From NCBI GenBank assembly GCA_028706655.1, contig JAQTVW010000001.1, forward strand, positions 1 through 47,967: a DNA stretch of 47,967 bases, read 5' to 3'. The stretch comes from Dehalococcoidales bacterium. GTDB lineage: Bacteria > Chloroflexota > Dehalococcoidia > Dehalococcoidales > RBG-16-60-22. A program made the position numbers and the translations under genes. The notes below the pieces were generated by a model that worked only from the letters and a program-made list of their open reading frames with translations, was not told where the DNA came from and did not search any database. Shown piece by piece: positions 42,562-47,967 of the stretch; the first letter of the stretch is position 1; each line of letters begins with the position of its first letter.

Positions 42562-43122
42562 ATGACGAGGAAGTTATTGTCCACGAGAAAAGTATACATT
42601 ATCATAGCTGCGGTTGTGTTGTTGGTTTGTACTTCATTATTACTCCCGAAGTTCACTTCCCAGGAAGATATCGTCTATGCGGCAACGAAAGACGCTTCGC
42701 TGATTGATTATACTGTTGTTGTTAAAGATGAGCACAACGCTCTGCTGGGTACTTTCCTGACGGTCTCCAACATCAGCTCCGTAACCGATGTTATTGAATA
42801 CCAGGACGGCGAGGACAGAATACTCAGAAAAAGACCCGGCATGACGAGATATCCGAATGTTATCCTCGAGCGCGCTCTGTCCACCGAAAATGATGCAATG
42901 TGGGCGTGGCGACAGACTATTTTAATGGGCAAACCGGAACGGCACTCGCTGAGCATTGAGATTTATAGTAAAAAAGATTTAAATACCCCCCTGGTTAAGT
43001 ATATTCTCGAATACTGCTGGCCGAGTAAGGTTATTCTTCCTGAGTTAAGGTCAGATAGCAAGGGAATTCCGATTGAACAGTGGGAGATTGCCTGCGAAAG
43101 TTTCCAGCGGGTAGTCCCATAA
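42562..43122 (+). CDS. membrane-anchored phage tail tube-like protein (T4 gp19 / 'conserved hypothetical phage tail region protein' family domain)
   Basis: The ATG at 42562 follows an AAGGGAGAG SD. The N-terminal anchor is MTRKLLSTRKVYIIIAAVVLLVCTSLLL. The following domain is FLTVSNISSVTDVIEYQDGEDRILRKRPGMTRYPNVILERAL..NDAMWAWRQ...GKPERHSLSIEIY...ILEYCWPSKVILPEL...IEQWEIACESFQRV. It follows the gp19/Afp1/Pvc1-type tube pattern F.evsGL..e.evieYreG.....klPG...y.nvtLkRG....lw.W....G...r....i.l.....w.l.naWP.k...p.L....n.vaiE.lela.e. The gene is visibly more AT-rich than its flanks. Confidence 0.7.
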   Translation: MTRKLLSTRKVYIIIAAVVLLVCTSLLLPKFTSQEDIVYAATKDASLIDYTVVVKDEHNALLGTFLTVSNISSVTDVIEYQDGEDRILRKRPGMTRYPNVILERALSTENDAMWAWRQTILMGKPERHSLSIEIYSKKDLNTPLVKYILEYCWPSKVILPELRSDSKGIPIEQWEIACESFQRVVP

Positions 43123-43200
43123 GGTAATCGCACAACACGAGTTTCGGATTAGATAGTTGCGATGGCTCAGACTTTGATTTGAGTGTTTGCTCTGTGTAGT

Positions 43201-43671
43201 TTAGCTCTCTCTAGCCTCAATCTCTCGGAGCACCGCTTTTACTATCTCCGGCAGCTTCTCCTTGACTTCGGGGGAAAGCTCCATGCCCCAATCGATTTCC
43301 TTCGGCTCGACGCCGATGATGACAGTCTCTGCGGGCGCGGTCTTTGCCAGTCGCATCGTCTGGAGGCTCTCTTTGACGCCGAACTCGTGCAGTGAGAGCA
43401 GCCGGCCTGCCCGCGGGTCGAGGTCATCCGGCGTAAAACGGTAAATCGCCCCCGGCGCGCCGCCCGCCCGTGCCGCATCGATGATTATCAGTTTATCTCC
43501 CGCCCGCGAGAGGGCAATCAGGTCCGGCGAAGTACCGCCATCGATAATTGTGACTTCCTGCGGCAGAGCTAACTCCTGCAAGGCTTGAACGGCATGGATG
43601 CCCACGCCATCATCTTTCATGAGCAGGTTGCCCACGCCGATAACCACGCAGCGGTTGGCAGTCTTTTTCAT
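43201..43671 (-). CDS. [NiFe]-hydrogenase maturation endopeptidase (HyaD/HybD/HycI family)
   Basis: VIGVGNLLMKDDGVGIHAV ... IIDGGT ... LIIIDA ... SLHEFG. Confidence 0.88.
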   Translation of the reverse strand: MKKTANRCVVIGVGNLLMKDDGVGIHAVQALQELALPQEVTIIDGGTSPDLIALSRAGDKLIIIDAARAGGAPGAIYRFTPDDLDPRAGRLLSLHEFGVKESLQTMRLAKTAPAETVIIGVEPKEIDWGMELSPEVKEKLPEIVKAVLREIEARES

Positions 43672-43676
43672 CTCTG

Positions 43677-44667
43677 TCAGCAGATGCGCGGCAGCAGCTC
43701 GCCGACGGGCATATCGATGATTCGTGATGAGCCGAAGCGCGTCTGCATGACCACCCGCCCCGGGTGTTCCTTGACTACCTCGCCGATGACGAGGGCATCT
43801 TTACCATACTTGTGCTGCTTCATTTTCGCCAGTATCTTATCGGCATCCTGCGGCGCAGCCACGGCGACCAGCTTGCCCTCATTGGCGATGTGCAGCGGGT
43901 CGAAGCCGAGCAGTTCGCAGGCGGCGGCAACCGCTTTGGCGACCGGTATGCTGGTTTCCGCTATTCTGACGCCGACCTTTGATTGCAGGGCAAAATCGTT
44001 TAGTGTAGTCGCCAGACCGCCGCGGGTGGGGTCGCGCAGGCAGCGGATATTTTTCGAGACTGCCAGCATCTCTGACACCAGTCCGTTCAGCGGGGCGCAA
44101 TCACTTCTCACCGGCGATTCAAACCGCAAGCCTTCCCGCTGGCTCAGTACGGCGATGCCGTGGTCGCCGATATTGCCGCTGAGGATAATCTTGTCACCGG
44201 GACGGGCATTCGCCGCTGAAATATCGACTCCCTCAGGGACACTGCCCACGCCCGCGGTATTGATGAACAGCTTGTCCGCCTGTCCCTGGTTGACCACCTT
44301 GGTGTCTCCGGTGACAATCCTGACGCCGGCTTCTGATGCTGACGTGCAAATCGATTGGATTATATTTTTCAATTCAGCGAAGGACAACCCTTCTTCGATA
44401 ATCAGGGCAAGGCTCAGATATTTGGGGACAGCGCCGCTCATGGCGAGGTCGTTGACCGTGCCGCAGACCGCCAGCTTGCCGATATCGCCGCCGGGGAAGA
44501 AAATCGGCTTGACGACAAAGCTATCGGTGGTAAAGGCGAGCCGGCCGCCCATCTCGAACACCGCGCAGTCGTCCATCCGGTTCAGAATGGGATTGGCAAG
44601 GGGCGAGAGTAGTTCGACAATCAAATCATGGCTGAGCTTGCCGCCGCTGCCGTGCGCCAGCAGAATT

Positions 44668-44678
<11 letters not shown>
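43677..44678 (-). CDS. hypE: hydrogenase expression/formation protein HypE
   Basis: The ATG at 44678 (MEDKILLAHGSGG) overlaps the hypD stop by 11 nt. It has a PurM-like fold and the C-terminal PRIC motif. Confidence 0.92.
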
Positions 44679-45751
<1,073 letters not shown>

Positions 45752-45765
<14 letters not shown>

Positions 45766-45970
45766 TGAGCTCCTTCAGCAACCTTAGCGTTTCCGCCGCT
45801 TCCGCCGCATCGATAATGTTGATAGCGTAGCCGGTGTGCAGCAGGACATAATCGCCGGCTTGCGCTTCGGGCGTAAGCTGCAGGCTGACCTGCCGCACCA
45901 CGCCGTCGATATCCGCTTCCGCCATGAGTCCGTTGATGCTTTTAATTAATGCGGGAATCGCCAAACACAT
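45752..45970 (-). CDS. hypC: hydrogenase assembly chaperone HypC/HupF
   Basis: 72 aa beginning MCLAIPA. Confidence 0.92.
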
Positions 45971-45971
45971 A

Positions 45972-47967
45972 TCAGTTTATACCTTTGGTAAAATTCGCAA
46001 TCACCGCCTGCCCCAGGGATATGCCGCCGTCATTGCAGGGCACCATGCGATGAGTGTATACCTTGAAGCCGCCCGATTCAAGTAACGCGACGATCTTGCG
46101 CAGCAGCAGCCGGTTCTGGAAGACTCCGCCGCTCAATACTATCTGCTGGATTCCGGTTTCGATTGCCATTACGGCGCAGATGTCGTTGATTATCCGGGCT
46201 ATGGTATTGTGGAAACGGGCGGAAATCCGGGCGGCGGATGCGCTCTCCTTGATATCATCGATTATCGCTGACAGCAGGTCTTTTATCAAGATTACTTTCA
46301 TGCCATCCTGTTCATTGATATTGAACGGGTAGACCTCTTCTTCGTCATCGGCGGCAAGCATTTCCAGTTCGATGGCTGCCTGTGCGGAGTAATTGATTTC
46401 TCCTCTCACGCCGAGCAGGGCGGCAACGACATCGAAAAGCCGCCCGCAACTGGAAGTCAGCGGCGAATTTATCTTCCTGCTTAGCTGGTTTTCGATGATT
46501 GTCCTTTCCCCGGAAACGATTTTGTTCAGAGCAGGTAGATTCGTGTCCAGTCCCAGCGCCAGCAGGTAGCCCAGAGCGGCGCGGTAGGGCTTTTTGATTG
46601 CCAGCACACCGCCGGGCAGCGGCAGGTACTGGAAATGAACGGCGCGGGTGAACTGGCGGTAATCGGCAACCATGAACTCGCCGCCCCAGAGGTTGCCGTC
46701 CGTGCCGTAGCCGGTGCCGTCAAATGCCACGCCAATCACCGGCGTATCAATGCCGTTATCGACCATCCCGCTGACGATATGAGCGTGGTGGTGCTGAACC
46801 GGCACGAGCCGTAGGTTGCATGCTGCCACCTGTTCTCTTGCGTATTTAGTTGCCAGGTATTCCGGGTGCATATCACAGGCGATTGCTTCGGGTTCGATGC
46901 GGAACAATCGCTTGTACAGGTCGATAGTGTTTTCAAAATGTTCCAGTGTCTCCATATTTTCCAGGTCGCCGATATGCTGGCTTAAAAAAGCGTAATTGTC
47001 GCGGGTCAGGCAGAAGGTATTCTTTTCCTCGGCGCCACAGGCGAGAATCAAGCGGCTCTGATAGGGCAGGCGGATGGGATAGGGAGCATAGCCGCGGGCA
47101 CGGCGAAGCAGTTGCGGCACGCCACGCTCCACCATCACCACGCTGTCATCGTAGCGGGCATAAATATCCCGGTCGTGTATCAAAAAATAATCGGCGATGC
47201 CGCCCAGCCGTCGCAATGCCTCAGCGTTATCGCGGGCAATCGGTTCTTCGCTCAGGTTGCCGCTGGTCATAATAAGCGGGCGCTTCACTTCACGCATCAG
47301 CAGGTGGTGCAAGGGTGTGTAGGGGAGCATTATTCCGAGATATTTCAGGTCGGGCGCTTTAATCTGTGCAATAGAGGACTCTTTCCGCCAGCGCAGCAGG
47401 ACGATAGGGCTTTCCGGAGCGGCAAGCAGCCTGGCTTCCTCGTTATTGACATAACAATGTTTGTCGACTTCATCGAGGGACGGCAGCATCACGGCAAAAG
47501 GTTTCGACGGTCGGTGTTTGCGCTGTCGTAGAATGGTGACGGCGCTCTCATTCGTGGCATCACAGGCGAGCAGGAAGCCCCCCAAACCCTTAATGGCGAT
47601 AATCTTGCCCTGCCGGAGAAAATCTGCCGTCTTCTCGATGACATCAGGGCAGGGAAGGGATTTACCTGCCCCATCGGTGAGCGCGAGCGTGGGGCCGCAG
47701 CTCGGGCAGGCATTAGGCTGGGCGTGAAAGCGCCGGTTGAGCGGGTCGTCGTATTCCTTCCGGCAATCGGGACACATCTTAAAGCGGCGCATCGTGGTCG
47801 CGGGACGGTCGTAAGGAATATCTTCGATGATGGTAAATCGAGGCCCGCAGTTGGTGCAGTTGGTGAAAGCGTAACGGTAGCGGCGGTCGGCAGGATTGAA
47901 GATTTCCTCAAGGCATTGCGGACAGGTGGCGATATCCGGAGAGACCAGCTGGTATTTGCCTTCTTCG
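45972..47967 (-). CDS. hypF: carbamoyltransferase HypF (5'-partial; N-terminus lies beyond the window end)
   Basis: The reading frame is open to the window edge. My hand translation of 47793-47966 gives ...CPQCLEEIFNPADRRYRYAFTNCTNCGPRFTIIEDIPYDRPATTMRRFKMCPDCRKEYDDP, the two HypF zinc-finger motifs. YrdC-like and Kae1-like domains follow. Confidence 0.9.
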   Translation of the reverse strand, partial: EEGKYQLVSPDIATCPQCLEEIFNPADRRYRYAFTNCTNCGPRFTIIEDIPYDRPATTMRRFKMCPDCRKEYDDPLNRRFHAQPNACPSCGPTLALTDGAGKSLPCPDVIEKTADFLRQGKIIAIKGLGGFLLACDATNESAVTILRQRKHRPSKPFAVMLPSLDEVDKHCYVNNEEARLLAAPESPIVLLRWRKESSIAQIKAPDLKYLGIMLPYTPLHHLLMREVKRPLIMTSGNLSEEPIARDNAEALRRLGGIADYFLIHDRDIYARYDDSVVMVERGVPQLLRRARGYAPYPIRLPYQSRLILACGAEEKNTFCLTRDNYAFLSQHIGDLENMETLEHFENTIDLYKRLFRIEPEAIACDMHPEYLATKYAREQVAACNLRLVPVQHHHAHIVSGMVDNGIDTPVIGVAFDGTGYGTDGNLWGGEFMVADYRQFTRAVHFQYLPLPGGVLAIKKPYRAALGYLLALGLDTNLPALNKIVSGERTIIENQLSRKINSPLTSSCGRLFDVVAALLGVRGEINYSAQAAIELEMLAADDEEEVYPFNINEQDGMKVILIKDLLSAIIDDIKESASAARISARFHNTIARIINDICAVMAIETGIQQIVLSGGVFQNRLLLRKIVALLESGGFKVYTHRMVPCNDGGISLGQAVIANFTKGIN

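Noticed and set aside
42562-42650. Twin-arginine (Tat) signal on the tail-tube-like protein, suggested by its divergent position next to tatA
   Set aside because: The n-region reads S-T-R-K-V-Y, with R-K rather than R-R and no F-L-K-like continuation. The hydrophobic segment is long and uncleaved-looking, like a Sec-type signal anchor. Adjacency to tat is more likely coincidental.

Overview
This is a gene-dense 48 kb chromosomal window from a moderately GC-rich, apparently anaerobic bacterium. The gene content and intergenic repeat style resemble Chloroflexota/Dehalococcoidia-type MAGs, but I cannot verify taxonomy from the sequence alone. I call about 52 protein genes, one tRNA and no rRNA, CRISPR array or obvious transposase.

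Gene blocks in order:
- 79-4777: a DUF4418-like mini membrane protein, an FtsX permease, an ABC ATPase and a 777-aa Ig-repeat surface protein.
- 4941-12558: a beta-oxidation/electron-transfer block with a FixCX-like ETF-QO, a fused EtfB-EtfA and a thiolase. Class II ribonucleotide reductase nrdJ is embedded in it.
- 13093-15025: a family-1 encapsulin operon with EncFtn-type cargo carrying a C-terminal targeting peptide, and a shell protein. A third ferritin/rubrerythrin-like gene follows, and a convergent 53-aa, 10-cysteine TRASH/metallothionein-like ORF is missing from the supplied ORF track.
- 15186-17149: trpBA.
- 17313-20864: a MacA/MacB-like tripartite efflux module.
- 20916-25615: methyltransferase, zinc-ribbon/Pro-rich/OB-fold protein, NUDIX CoA pyrophosphatase, UbiA-family prenyltransferase and tgt.
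- 25742-30789: a co-directional sulfur/cofactor string of Rrf2 regulator, cysK, cysE, mnmA, MOSC, frameshifted nadA and cutA.
- 30935-32341: a beta-CASP RNase.
- 32409-36296: selA, an unknown 6-TM protein, then selB. tRNA-Sec (selC) lies further on at 40978-41073.
- 36351-40958: small accessory genes (MscS, GYD, transglutaminase-like, HPP, DUF5658, LUD).
- 41123-42341: tatA, tatA/B and tatC.
- 42562-43122: an AT-richer orphan phage-tail-tube (gp19-like) gene with an N-terminal membrane anchor and its own promoter.
- 43201-47967: hydrogenase maturation protease, hypE, hypD, hypC and hypF (hypF is 5'-truncated by the window end).

Most interesting to me:
- the encapsulin/metal island
- a 45-nt promoter/operator module it shares with nrdJ
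- the anchored orphan tail-tube homolog
- the unknown membrane protein inside the sel operon
- the mnmA-MOSC coupling
- the nadA frameshift
- two families of REP-like repeats confined to convergent 3'-3' intergenic gaps

All functional calls come from motif recognition by eye. No database search was run.
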